Counted from the stretch's first letter, positions 20,760 to 33,053 are shown. The stretch: DNA of 64,000 bases from Betaproteobacteria bacterium (GCA_031362885.1 JANLTJ010000025.1:19021-83020), one strand, 5' to 3'. A program made the numbers and translations. Notes: generated by a model not told the origin, from the letters alone.

Positions 20760-20778
20760 TCTGCTGTCCAACGGAATG

Positions 20779-21141
20779 TCACTTGCAAGGGAACTTCTCT
20801 CGGAAAGCGAGTGTAATGAGATTGATATCTGGGCCATCAAGCAGTTCTGGGTGTGCGCCACCATACTTGATAAGGAGCTTGGCAAGTTGCCCTTTCGAAA
20901 TATCTGGAGGAACGCAAAAGATGTTCTGCGAGTCGCGTAGCTTACCCGCTCCGTGCAAGAATGCTGTCGCATAAACCGTCCCATCCGAAATACCCTGAAT
21001 CACACCAATGCAGTATCCGGCAAAGAAACGGGCGTCGCTAGGGCTAACAGACGTCGACGGAGTGTCAAGAAGTGCGCATCGCCCCAGGAACTGGCGTGCG
21101 GTATCTTGGGCATACAACTCCAAAGACCCGAGGCCGATCAA
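20779..21141 (-). CDS. Rap1a/Tai4-like immunity protein (orphan, possibly N-terminally truncated)
   Basis: 120 aa. The pattern YCIGVIQGISDG...FCVPPDISKGQLAKLLIKYGGAHPELL...ITLAFREKFPCK matches my recollection of the Rap1a periplasmic T6SS-immunity family signature (C.G..G..D ... FC.P ... Q ... KY...HPE ... FPC). No signal peptide is present. Confidence 0.45.
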   Translation of the reverse strand: MIGLGSLELYAQDTARQFLGRCALLDTPSTSVSPSDARFFAGYCIGVIQGISDGTVYATAFLHGAGKLRDSQNIFCVPPDISKGQLAKLLIKYGGAHPELLDGPDINLITLAFREKFPCK

Positions 21142-21166
21142 ACAACCAGTCGGGTAAAAGGCGGGT

Positions 21167-21191
21167 AAAAGGGGCCAGGCTCGAATTACTC
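21167..21191 (+). repeat. REP-like repeat, copy d (partial)
   Basis: aaaaggggccaggctcgaattactc. Confidence 0.8.
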
Positions 21192-21480
21192 ATCATCATA
21201 ACCGTAGCTTTCCCTGCCTGGCGTTATGCGCCGCAGATTAATCGTGTTCCACTCGTGGCCTGCCGCGCGGCTTGGCCTCTCGTCTTTGTCCTGTCATGGT
21301 TTCGATTCTGGCATAGAAGCGTGAATGACCCAACGGCTGATTCTGATTGAGAGCCAGCCGGATGTCGTCGATAGCTTTGCTGTCCAACTGCGCACCGAAC
21401 AGTTCACGATACGTTGCCTGCCTTTCTGCGTTGTCCCGATCTATCGCCAGATAAAGCGGGTGAGGTGTCAGGTAAGGGCA
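21190..21480 (-). pseudogene. C-terminal fragment of a second RAYT
   Basis: Minus-strand translation parallels the C-terminus of the 19381 RAYT (LTPHPLYLAIDRDNAERQATYRELFGAQLD..IDDIRLALNQ.QPLG..RFY..IE.MTG.RREA.P). DNA is collinear with 19440-19680. The N-terminal HUH half is absent. Confidence 0.7.
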
Positions 21481-21494
21481 AGAGGATCAGTTTT

Positions 21495-21528
21495 GTAGGC
21501 TGGGGTGAGCCTGCGAACCCCAGCCTAC
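21495..21528. repeat. perfect 12-bp-stem palindrome (REP-type hairpin)
   Basis: gtaggctggggt-gagcctgcga-accccagcctac. Confidence 0.8.
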
Positions 21529-21588
21529 GGGACTCAGGTCATCTCCGCTCCTTCACCGCTCCCGCAAGGGGCGGGTGACTATGAAGTG

Positions 21589-21621
21589 TTTAAGGTAGTG
21601 CCATAAGAGCCTGGCCCCTTT
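21589..21621 (-). repeat. REP-like repeat, copy e (full unit, inverted relative to copy a)
   Basis: tttaaggtagtgccataagagcctggccccttt, compared with the reverse complement of copy a (cttaagtaagtgccattcgagcctggccccttt). Confidence 0.8.
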
Positions 21622-21754
21622 AATCTGTATTGGTCGGCACGTCGAAGCAGGAAAAGCCTACGTCGATGCCCTGGCGCTGGTGCGCAGCCGGGCCGAACGC
21701 CTGTACCTGGAACGCCGTTTGGCCGAATGCCGCTTGGTCTAGGGTGCAACGCTC

Positions 21755-22001
21755 GCGCGCCTGCCGCCGGGGCTGGTGCTGACCCTGGTTGCCGGGCCGC
21801 TTCGACGTTTACCTTCACGGCGGGCAATAGCTGTGGGAATTCGCCGCTGGCTCGCTGATCATGGAAGAAGCGGGCGGCTCGATGTGCACGCTCGCAAAGG
21901 ACGAATGCCGGACCGACGATATCTGGGAGCGCTCGGTGATTGCCGCGCACGATGCCGGGGTGTTCGGGGCCTGGAAAGGCTGGATTCGCGCCCGCCCGTA
22001 G
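21755..22001 (+). pseudogene. displaced, diverged 3' fragment of an inositol-monophosphatase-family gene
   Basis: Collinear with 18820-19125. Has an internal deletion and an in-frame TAG at 21828-21830 (HGGQ*LWEFAAGSL..). Ends WIRARP-TAG. A 17 bp stretch, ctggattcgcgcccgcc, is identical at both copies. Confidence 0.8.
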
Positions 22002-22158
22002 CCCGCCCGTAGCGTTCGTGCCCGCAAATGGCCCGGGCCCGCTCTGCGCACTGCCCGGCCTTTTCTTGACCGGCACTGGCGATGCCGGTATCTTCCGGGG
22101 CTTCCTCAGCTATTTTCTCAACCAGGCTCTATATAACCAGCGTTTTTCGGGTGTTTCC

Positions 22159-23883
22159 ATGGAACTGACTGCCGGCGTTACCACTGAGTTGTCCGGTGCT
22201 GAAATCACACTGCGCTGTCTTCATGAAGAAGGCGTCGAGTTCATGTTCGGCTATCCGGGCGGTGCTGTACTACCCCTGTACGACGAAATTTTCAAACAGG
22301 AGAAGGTCAAGCACATTCTGGTACGCCACGAACAGGCGGCCGTGCATGCCGCCGACGCTTACGCGCGCTCGACCGAGAAAGTCGGCGTCGTCCTGGTGAC
22401 CTCCGGCCCGGGCGTGACCAATGCGGTGACCGGCATCGCGACCGCTTACATGGATTCCATTCCCGTGGTCATTATCAGCGGGCAAGTCCCCACGCATGCG
22501 ATCGGCCAGGACGCCTTCCAGGAGGTGGACACCGTTGGCGTAACCCGCCCCTGCGTGAAGCACAATTTCCTGGTGCGCGACGTCAAGGATCTCGCGGTCA
22601 CCATGAAAAAAGCGTTCTATCTCGCTTCCACCGGCCGGCCCGGCCCGGTGCTGGTGGATATCCCCAAGGACGTGCAGACGGCGAAGACGAATTTCTTCTA
22701 TCCGCAGTCGGTAACCATGCGTTCCTACAACCCGGTGGTCAAGGGGCATGGCGGCCAGATCAAGCGCGCGCTGCAAATGCTGCTGGAAGCCAAGCGCCCG
22801 ATGATTTACACCGGGGGCGGCGTGGTGCTCGGCAATGCTTCGGCGGAGCTGCTGAAACTGGTACACACGCTGGGCTTTCCCTGCACCAATACGCTGATGG
22901 GACTGGGCGGCTATCCGGCCACCGACCCGCAGTTTGTCGGCATGCTCGGCATGCATGGCACCTATGAAGCCAATATGGCGATGCAGGATTGCGACGTGCT
23001 GCTCGCCGTTGGCGCGCGCTTCGATGACCGCGTGATCGGCAACCCGAAGCATTTTTTCCAGGAACAGCGCAGGATCATCCACGTCGATATCGATCCGTCT
23101 TCGATTTCCAAGCGCGTACGCGTGGACGTGCCTATCGTCGGGGACGTCAAGGAAGTGCTGCAGGAAATGAACCGCCAGTTGGCGGCGGGCAAGGAGCGCC
23201 CGGACCCGGTCGCGGTCAAGACCTGGTGGGATCAGATCGACACATGGCGAGGCAAGGATTGCCTGAAGTTCGACCGCAACTCGAAGATCATCAAGCCGCA
23301 GGCCGTGGTCGAGGCCTTGTACAAGCTCACCAAGGACATGGATATGTACGTGACCTCGGATGTGGGCCAGCACCAGATGTGGGCGGCGCAGTTCTACAAG
23401 TTCAACAAGCCGCGGCGCTGGATCAATTCCGGCGGTCTGGGCACCATGGGCGTTGGCTTGCCTTATGCGCTGGGCGTGCAGCTTGCGCACCCGGATGCCA
23501 CGGTCGCCTGCGTCACCGGTGAGGCCAGCATCCAGATGTGCATCCAGGAATTGTCCACCGCCAAGCAATACCGTCTGCCGGTGAAAATCGTGAATCTGAA
23601 CAACCGCTACATGGGCATGGTGCGGCAGTGGCAGGAGTTTTTCCACGGCAATCGTTACGCCGAGTCCTACATGGACGCGCTGCCCGATTTCGTCAAACTC
23701 GCGGAGTCCTACGGTCATGTCGGCATGCTCATCGACAAGCCGGAGGATGTGGAGCCTGCGCTCAGAGAGGCGTTCAGCCGCAAGGACGATCTCGTGTTCA
23801 TGGACTTCATCACCGACCAGACCGAGAACGTATTTCCCATGGTGCCGGGTGGCAAAGGTCTGTCGGAAATGATCCTGGTTTAA
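22159..23883 (+). CDS. ilvI: acetolactate synthase large subunit
   Basis: Track ORF trimmed to ATG 22159 (MELTAGVTTELSGAEITLRCLHEEGVEFMFGYPGG). ThDP motif GGLGTMGVGLPYALG...NN. Confidence 0.95.
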   Translation: MELTAGVTTELSGAEITLRCLHEEGVEFMFGYPGGAVLPLYDEIFKQEKVKHILVRHEQAAVHAADAYARSTEKVGVVLVTSGPGVTNAVTGIATAYMDSIPVVIISGQVPTHAIGQDAFQEVDTVGVTRPCVKHNFLVRDVKDLAVTMKKAFYLASTGRPGPVLVDIPKDVQTAKTNFFYPQSVTMRSYNPVVKGHGGQIKRALQMLLEAKRPMIYTGGGVVLGNASAELLKLVHTLGFPCTNTLMGLGGYPATDPQFVGMLGMHGTYEANMAMQDCDVLLAVGARFDDRVIGNPKHFFQEQRRIIHVDIDPSSISKRVRVDVPIVGDVKEVLQEMNRQLAAGKERPDPVAVKTWWDQIDTWRGKDCLKFDRNSKIIKPQAVVEALYKLTKDMDMYVTSDVGQHQMWAAQFYKFNKPRRWINSGGLGTMGVGLPYALGVQLAHPDATVACVTGEASIQMCIQELSTAKQYRLPVKIVNLNNRYMGMVRQWQEFFHGNRYAESYMDALPDFVKLAESYGHVGMLIDKPEDVEPALREAFSRKDDLVFMDFITDQTENVFPMVPGGKGLSEMILV

Positions 23884-23889
23884 GCCGCC

Positions 23890-24381
23890 ATGCGTCACAT
23901 CATCTCCCTAATCATGGAGAACGAGCCGGGCGCGCTGTCGCGCGTGGCCGGTCTGTTCTCCGCGCGCGGCTACAACATCGAGTCGCTCACCGTGGCGCCG
24001 ACCGAAGACCGGTCGCTGTCGCGCATGACCATCGTGACCACCGGTTCCGACGACGTGATCGAACAGATCAACAAGCAGCTGAACAAACTGGTTGATGTGG
24101 TCAAGGTCGTGGATTTGTCCGGCGGTGACCATATCGAGCGCGAACTGATGCTGGTCAAGGTGCGCGCCTCGGGCAAGGACCGCGAAGAAATGAAGCGCAT
24201 GGCGGATATTTTTCGCGGCCGCATTCTCGACGTAACGGACAAGATTTACACCATCGAGCTGACCGGCACCGGCGCCAAGCTCGATGCCTTTCTGGGCGCG
24301 CTGGAAAAAGACGCCATTCTGGAAACTGTGCGCACTGGCGCTTCGGGTATCGGCCGCGGCGAACGCATTCTGAAAGTTTAA
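23890..24381 (+). CDS. ilvH: acetolactate synthase small (regulatory) subunit
   Basis: 163 aa. MRHIISLIMENEPGALSRVAGLFSARGYNIESLTVAPTED (ACT domain). Confidence 0.95.
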   Translation: MRHIISLIMENEPGALSRVAGLFSARGYNIESLTVAPTEDRSLSRMTIVTTGSDDVIEQINKQLNKLVDVVKVVDLSGGDHIERELMLVKVRASGKDREEMKRMADIFRGRILDVTDKIYTIELTGTGAKLDAFLGALEKDAILETVRTGASGIGRGERILKV

Positions 24382-24405
24382 TCAGGGATGATGCGTGAGG
24401 AGTAA

Positions 24406-25476
<1,071 letters not shown>

Positions 25477-25570
25477 TGAGGACTCAGGGGCAAGGATGCT
25501 GAGTTAAAGGCGCTTCAGGCCTGCATCCTCCGCCCCGGCTTTCCGTCCTCCCGCCCTCGTCCCTCATTTC

Positions 25571-26221
25571 GTGACCCCCTATCCCCATCCGATCATCGCC
25601 AAGGAAGGCTGGCCCTTCCTCGCCGGCGGGTTGATGGCCTCGATCATTGTCACTCTCGGCTGGTTCTGGTGGTCGCTGCCATTCTGGCTGGTGACGCTGT
25701 TCATGCTGCAATTCTTCCGCGATCCGCCGCGCCACGCGCCTGCCGATGCCGACGCGGTGATCTCGCCGGCCGACGGGCGCATTGTCGCCGTGGGGAAGGC
25801 GCGCGACCCGTATCTGGACCGCCCGGCGCTCAGGATCAGCGTGTTCATGAACGTCTTCAACGTACATTCCAATCGCAGTCCGGTGGATGGAGAAGTCAGA
25901 AAAATTTGGTATTTCGGTGGACGGTTTTTCAACGCTGCGCTCGACAAGGCATCTCTGGAGAACGAGCGCAATGCGCTATGGATCGCGACCGACAGCGGGG
26001 TGGACGTGACCTGCGTGCAAGTGGCCGGACTGATCGCACGCCGTATCCTCTGTTATGTGCAGACCAAAGATCGTATGACGCGAGGGCAGCGCTTTGGCTT
26101 CATTCGTTTTGGTTCGCGCGTGGATGTGTACCTGCCGCTTGAAGCCCGGCCGCAGGCTGCGGTAGGCGACAAGGTTTTTGGCGGAGCAACCATTCTGGCA
26201 CGGCTGCCGGTCAAATCATGA
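25571..26221 (+). CDS. psd: phosphatidylserine decarboxylase family protein (short, Asd-type)
   Basis: 216 aa with GTG start. FFRDP.R, SPADG.I, and the [14 protein letters not shown] self-cleavage region. Confidence 0.88.
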   Translation: MTPYPHPIIAKEGWPFLAGGLMASIIVTLGWFWWSLPFWLVTLFMLQFFRDPPRHAPADADAVISPADGRIVAVGKARDPYLDRPALRISVFMNVFNVHSNRSPVDGEVRKIWYFGGRFFNAALDKASLENERNALWIATDSGVDVTCVQVAGLIARRILCYVQTKDRMTRGQRFGFIRFGSRVDVYLPLEARPQAAVGDKVFGGATILARLPVKS

Positions 26222-27003
26222 ACAGCGAGCGGGGCAATAGCGAACCCGGATCCAAGCCGCCCTTTCCAGGGCGCAGCGGCATCTACTGGCTGCCCAACGC
26301 GATTACCACCTGCGCATTGTTCGCCGGTTTCTACGCCATCGTTCAGGCCATGAACCTGCGCTTCGAATTGGCCGCGCAGGGCATTCTGGTCGCGATGGTA
26401 TTTGATGGTCTTGATGGCCGCGTGGCGCGGTGGACGCACACGCAGAGCGAATTTGGCGCCGAGTACGATAGCCTGTCCGACATGGTTTCCTTCGGTGCGG
26501 CGCCGGCATTGGTCATATACGAATGGTCGTTGAAGGGCATGGGCAAGCTGGGCTGGTTTGCCGCCTTCGTCTACTGCGCCTGCGCAGCGCTACGCCTGGC
26601 GCGCTTCAACACCAATATCGACGTTGTAGACAAGCGCTACTTCCAGGGCCTGCCCAGTCCAGCCGCCGCCGGACTGATCGCCGGACTGGTCTGGGCCATG
26701 GAATCCTACGACGTGGCCCGCGCTGACGTGCCCTGGCTGGCCTGGGCGGTGACGCTGTTTGCCGGCATTACTATGGTCACCAGCGTGCATTTCTACAGCG
26801 GCAAGGACATCAACCTGCGTAAAAGCGTGCCGTTTCGCATGGTCGTCATCATGGTGCTTGGAGTCGTGGCGGTGATGCAGGTTGCCAACAACCTGCCCGA
26901 ACTGCTGTTTAGCGTGTTTGCGATCTACGCTGCTTCGGGCTACGTGTCCTGGGCCTGGGAGCGCTTGCGCAAGAAACGGTCGCCACCGCATTCCGGCGTA
27001 TAA
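26218..27003 (+). CDS. pssA: CDP-diacylglycerol--serine O-phosphatidyltransferase
   Basis: 261 aa. CDP-alcohol phosphatidyltransferase motif DGLDGRVAR...G.E.DSL.D. Shares a 4-nt overlap with psd. Confidence 0.9.
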   Translation: MNSERGNSEPGSKPPFPGRSGIYWLPNAITTCALFAGFYAIVQAMNLRFELAAQGILVAMVFDGLDGRVARWTHTQSEFGAEYDSLSDMVSFGAAPALVIYEWSLKGMGKLGWFAAFVYCACAALRLARFNTNIDVVDKRYFQGLPSPAAAGLIAGLVWAMESYDVARADVPWLAWAVTLFAGITMVTSVHFYSGKDINLRKSVPFRMVVIMVLGVVAVMQVANNLPELLFSVFAIYAASGYVSWAWERLRKKRSPPHSGV

Positions 27004-27152
27004 AGCGCGGGCAGGGCAGGAACCCGGGCTTGCGCGGCCCAATGAATCTGCTTATAGTCCGGCACATGCACTCCAGACAGCACGGCCACCGTGGACTTTT
27101 TCTTGTCAGCAATCTGCTGACCGGCCTGCTGCTGCGCCCCGCGCGCATATAA

Positions 27153-28949
<1,797 letters not shown>

Positions 28950-28977
28950 GAAAAAGCTGAGTAAATCCTGATCTGTC

Positions 28978-29040
28978 ATTCCCGCACAAGCGGGAATCCA
29001 GGTTCTTCAAAGAAAACTGGTTCCCCGCTTGCGCGGGGAA
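28978..29040. repeat. two GC-rich palindromes downstream of leuA (terminator-like, no T-tract)
   Basis: attcccgc-acaa-gcgggaat (28978-28997) and ttccccgc-ttgc-gcggggaa (29021-29040). Confidence 0.6.
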
Positions 29041-29206
29041 GACACGACTCGGATTTTTCTCAGCGCCCACCGGCGCAAAGGCAGTCCGCTCCCACGGCGG
29101 GCTTGTTTCTGCTACGGGCACTGCCGGCGGCAACAAGCTAAACTCCCGGCAATAACCCGCGACATCCCCGCGCAATTCCGGCCGCATTAACTTTCACTCC
29201 AATCCA

Positions 29207-30544
29207 ATGGCAAACAGACCAGAACTTGCACGCAGCGACCTGCATAAAATCGTCATCGTTGGCGGTGGCGCGGGCGGGCTGGAACTGGCCACGCAACTGG
29301 GTAGAACCCTGGGCCGGCGCAGACAGGCGCTGATTACGCTGGTGGATCGCTCGCGCACGCATCTGTGGAAGCCGCTGCTGCACCAGGTCGCGGCCGGCAG
29401 CATGGATATGAACGACCACGAACTCGATTACCTGTACCAGGCGCGCTGGCATCATTTCCAGTTTCGCCTCGGCCGCATGGATGGACTCGACCGCGCGGCG
29501 AAGCACATTCATCTCGCGCCGACGCTCGACGAGGATGGCCGCGAAGTGCTGCCCGCGCGCAGCATGGCCTACGACACGCTGGTGCTGGCGCTGGGCAGCA
29601 CCACCAACGATTTCGGCACGCCGGGTGCCGCTGAACATGCGATCTCGCTGGATAATCCCCAGCAGGCCGCCTTGTTTCATTCGCGTTTGCTCAACGCCTG
29701 CCTGCGTGCGAATGCGCAATCCGGACCGCTTGATGCCGGGCAGTTGCACGTCGCCATCATCGGCGCCGGTGCCACCGGCGTCGAGCTGGCGGCGGAACTG
29801 CATAACACCATTCGCGAATTTTTGTCCTTTGGCCTGGATCGCATCAATCCCGAGCAGGACATCAAAATCACCATTGTCGAGGCCGCACCGAAGATTCTGC
29901 CGGCGTTGTCCGAACGCCTGTCGGGTGCGGTACTCGAGTTGCTGAAGAAATTGAAGGTCGAAGTATTGACCGGTGAGCGCGTGACCGAGGTATCGGCGCA
30001 CGGCGTGAAAACCGCGACCGGCCGCGACATCGCCGCTGAACTGGTGGTTTGGGCGGCGGGTATCAAGGCGCCCGATTTCCTGAAAGACATCGGCGGCTTG
30101 GAGACCAATCGCCTCAACCAGATCGTCGTTGAACAGACTCTGCAAACCGTGCGCGATGCGAATATCTTCGCCTTCGGTGACTGCGCCAGTTGCCCGTGGC
30201 CGGAAAAAGAAGGCTTCGTGCCGCCGCGCGCCCAGGCCGCGCACCAGCAGGCCTCGCATCTGTACAACATGCTGCCGAGACACTTGCGCGGCGAAGCACT
30301 TCGCCCTTACCAGTACCGCGATTTCGGCTCGCTGATTTCGCTGGGCAAGTTCAGCACCGTCGGCAGTCTGATGGGTGCGGTCACGCGCGGCAGCGTCATG
30401 ATCGAAGGCCTGTTCGCCAAGATCATGTACATCTCGCTGTACAAAATGCACGAGTTTGCCCTGCACGGTTTTACCAAAGTGTTTCTCGACACGCTGGCGC
30501 GCATCATCACGCGGCGTACCGAGCCGCATATCAAGCTGCACTGA
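29207..30544 (+). CDS. ndh: type II NADH dehydrogenase (NDH-2)
   Basis: 445 aa. Two dinucleotide-binding motifs (IVIVGGGAGGLELA and VAIIGAGATGVELA) and a C-terminal amphipathic anchor. Confidence 0.92.
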   Translation: MANRPELARSDLHKIVIVGGGAGGLELATQLGRTLGRRRQALITLVDRSRTHLWKPLLHQVAAGSMDMNDHELDYLYQARWHHFQFRLGRMDGLDRAAKHIHLAPTLDEDGREVLPARSMAYDTLVLALGSTTNDFGTPGAAEHAISLDNPQQAALFHSRLLNACLRANAQSGPLDAGQLHVAIIGAGATGVELAAELHNTIREFLSFGLDRINPEQDIKITIVEAAPKILPALSERLSGAVLELLKKLKVEVLTGERVTEVSAHGVKTATGRDIAAELVVWAAGIKAPDFLKDIGGLETNRLNQIVVEQTLQTVRDANIFAFGDCASCPWPEKEGFVPPRAQAAHQQASHLYNMLPRHLRGEALRPYQYRDFGSLISLGKFSTVGSLMGAVTRGSVMIEGLFAKIMYISLYKMHEFALHGFTKVFLDTLARIITRRTEPHIKLH

Positions 30545-30552
30545 ACACCAAG

Positions 30553-31989
30553 ATGCCGTTGGCACGCCTGCAATCAGTTACCTGTGCGGCGGCAATCATT
30601 GCCATGGCGGCCTGTTCCCCGATTCAATATGTGTCCAGGCCGATCGATGCCGATGCGAGTGCCGCCGGATACAGCGCACGTTCCGCGCAATCGGACGGCC
30701 TCAGGGACTTCGCCGTTGCCAATGGATATGCACCCGGGGATTGGCCGCCATTGCAATGGGGTCTGAAGGAACTGACGCTGACTGCATGGTATTTTGATGC
30801 CGACATGCGCACGGCGCGCGCGCGTGCCACGGTAGCGCTGGCGAAATCGGACACCGGAGGCGCTTCACGCAACTGGTCGGGGACAGTCAAACCAGAACAT
30901 CACAGCCGGAGTCCCGGAGATGATTCGCCGTGGAGTCTCGGACTGGAGCTGGAAATTCCGCTGGTAGCGCAAGACCGGCGCGCGGCGCTGGCCGAACGCA
31001 ATGCGTTTCTGGTGGACGCCGCCGACATCGATGTGGCCATGGCAGCCTGGCTGGTGCGCGCGCGCGTGCGCGATGGCTACCATGAATTGCAGGCCAGTCG
31101 CGATGTGCTTCAGGCTCTTGACGCACAACTTATGGCGCGCACGAACCTGGTTTCGTTGATGAATCGCCGCGTGGAGGCGGGCATGATATCGGCGCGCGAT
31201 CTGGCCACCGAACGCTTCATGTATTCGCAACTCAAGCACCAGCGTGACCAGCAACTGGTAAGCCATCAGCGCGCGTTGGCCGATCTGGCGGCGTCGTTGG
31301 GACTGCCCCTGGATGTGGCGGCGAAAATGGACCTTCGCTTCGAAGCGCCGTTCCTGCAGGACACGGACCTGGCAGCCGGCTCACTGCGCCGCCAAGCCTT
31401 GCGCAATCGACTGGATGTGCATCGGAAATTACTTGAATTCGGCACCGCCGATGCCGAGGTCAAACAGGCCGTGGCCGCGCAGAATCCCGGGATTACCCTG
31501 GGACCAGGCTATGCCTGGGATCAGGGCGATAACATCTGGTCGCTCGCCCTTGGTCTGTCGTTACCGCCCGCCACACAAGCGCGTGCGGTGATCCGTGAGG
31601 CGATGGCACGCCGCGAACTGGCGGCGGAACATTTCGCGGGAACCCAGACCACGGTCATGTTCGAGGCCGAGCGTGCCGGTGCCCAGTACCAACTGGCACG
31701 CGAGCGCATCGCAGCCTCCGCGCAGCAATTGGGTGAACAGCAGGAGCAGGAAGCGCGCGTGCAGCGCCAGTTCGATGCCGGCGCCGCCGACCGGGTACAA
31801 CGCGTTACCGCGCGAATCGATACGCTCGCGGCGCAAATGCAACACCAAGCGGTGCTTGCCGAAGGACGCCATGCCCTGGCGCAACTCGAGGACGCGTTGC
31901 AGCGACCGCTGCAAGGCGATGTTGAAGCGCTGCCGCGTATCGCGGTGTCACGTTCCACCGATGCCTCCAAAGCGATGGTCAAGCCATGA
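30553..31989 (+). CDS. TolC-family outer-membrane efflux protein (CzcC/NodT-like lipoprotein)
   Basis: Track ORF trimmed to ATG 30553 (MPLARLQSVTCAAAIIAMAACSP, lipobox-like). Coiled-coil-rich with two repeat halves. The longer ORF overlaps ndh. Confidence 0.8.
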   Translation: MPLARLQSVTCAAAIIAMAACSPIQYVSRPIDADASAAGYSARSAQSDGLRDFAVANGYAPGDWPPLQWGLKELTLTAWYFDADMRTARARATVALAKSDTGGASRNWSGTVKPEHHSRSPGDDSPWSLGLELEIPLVAQDRRAALAERNAFLVDAADIDVAMAAWLVRARVRDGYHELQASRDVLQALDAQLMARTNLVSLMNRRVEAGMISARDLATERFMYSQLKHQRDQQLVSHQRALADLAASLGLPLDVAAKMDLRFEAPFLQDTDLAAGSLRRQALRNRLDVHRKLLEFGTADAEVKQAVAAQNPGITLGPGYAWDQGDNIWSLALGLSLPPATQARAVIREAMARRELAAEHFAGTQTTVMFEAERAGAQYQLARERIAASAQQLGEQQEQEARVQRQFDAGAADRVQRVTARIDTLAAQMQHQAVLAEGRHALAQLEDALQRPLQGDVEALPRIAVSRSTDASKAMVKP

Positions 31990-33053
31990 ACAGCCGTTGG
32001 GCATGGGTCACGATTGCGGCGATGGCCTTCATTATCGCCGTGTTGTCCTGGGCGCTGATCTACTACGCGCGCGATGAATTACGCGGCGAGACCGGAGAGG
32101 GAGACCAGGAGCAGATTCAGACAACATCGGGTGCGCGCGTCGAAGATGGCCGTCCGCTGGTGAAGTTGTCGGCGCAAAGCCAGGCCGCCGCCGGCGTGAC
32201 GGTGCAGACACTGAAAGCGGCCAGGAGTCAGGCCACCATTGAGGTCTACGGCGCGGTTTCGAATTTGCTGCCGCTCGCGGAATCGCGAGCGCGCTATCTT
32301 ACCGGGCTGGCGGAAGCGCGCGCCGCGCGTGCCGCAGTGATATTGGCGGAGGCCGATTTTCGGCGCATGGACCTGCTGTTTCGCGATGACCGCAACGTAT
32401 CCGAGCAGGCGCTGGGGTCCAGCGAAGCCCGTTATCGCGGTGAACAAGCCCGGCAAGTGGTGGCGGATCAGGCGGTGGCAAGTTTGCGTGACGCCATGCG
32501 CGGCAACTGGGGCGAGACCGTGACCGGTTGGGCCACCAATCCCGATTCGCAGATGATGCAGGCGCTGCTGCAACACCGTTCATTCCTGGTGCAACTGGTG
32601 CTGCCGCCCGATCTGCCGCGCGCCGCCTTGCGCGAACGCGTTGTGCTCGCACCGGCGACGGCGCGCGAGCGCCTGCAATCCGCGCGTCTGGTCGGAGCAT
32701 CACCGCAAATCGATCCAGCCTTTCCCGGCGACACCTACTTTTATCTGGTCGATGGGGGGAACTTGCGCGCCGGCACGTGGCTAATCGGTCGCGTCAGCCT
32801 GAGTGAGGCGAGTGTGAGCGGCGTCGTCGTGCCCTCGGCCGCGGTGGTCTGGCACGCCGGCAAAGCCTGGGCCTATGTGAAGGACGACGAACAGACTTTC
32901 GCGCGCCATGAAATTTCCACCGCCGACGAAATGGACGACGGCTGGTTCAACTCCACCGGGTTCGACGCGGACGAGGAAGTGGTCGTGAGTGGGGCGCAGT
33001 TGCTGCTCTCGGAGGAATTGAAGTATCAGATCCGTAACGAGAATGAGGATTGA
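31986..33053 (+). CDS. RND efflux periplasmic adaptor (membrane fusion protein)
   Basis: 355 aa. N-terminal TM helix, then coiled-coil and beta-barrel-like regions. ATGA overlap with the upstream OMP gene. Confidence 0.75.
   Translation: MNSRWAWVTIAAMAFIIAVLSWALIYYARDELRGETGEGDQEQIQTTSGARVEDGRPLVKLSAQSQAAAGVTVQTLKAARSQATIEVYGAVSNLLPLAESRARYLTGLAEARAARAAVILAEADFRRMDLLFRDDRNVSEQALGSSEARYRGEQARQVVADQAVASLRDAMRGNWGETVTGWATNPDSQMMQALLQHRSFLVQLVLPPDLPRAALRERVVLAPATARERLQSARLVGASPQIDPAFPGDTYFYLVDGGNLRAGTWLIGRVSLSEASVSGVVVPSAAVVWHAGKAWAYVKDDEQTFARHEISTADEMDDGWFNSTGFDADEEVVVSGAQLLLSEELKYQIRNENED

Noticed and set aside
19154-21621. Integron-like gene-cassette array.
   Set aside because: No intI integrase and no attI are present. 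The 33-bp repeats do not have attC architecture, and the associated enzyme is a RAYT. A REP/RAYT interpretation fits better.
21940-22158. N-terminal 73-codon extension of the acetolactate synthase ORF. Analogous extensions occur at 30190-30552, 35960-36280, 38933-39022 and 48601-49107.
   Set aside because: The extensions run through upstream genes or remnants. They lack homology, and conserved N-termini begin at the internal ATGs used in the feature table.
22002-22158. Possible ilv leader peptide or attenuator upstream of ilvI.
   Set aside because: I found no short ORF enriched in Ile/Val/Leu codons, and no terminator/antiterminator pair with a T-tract.
25477-25570. Stem aggatgc / gcatcct after ilvC as an intrinsic terminator.
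   Set aside because: The stem is only 7 bp, the loop is about 23 nt, and there is no T-tract. The evidence is too weak to call.
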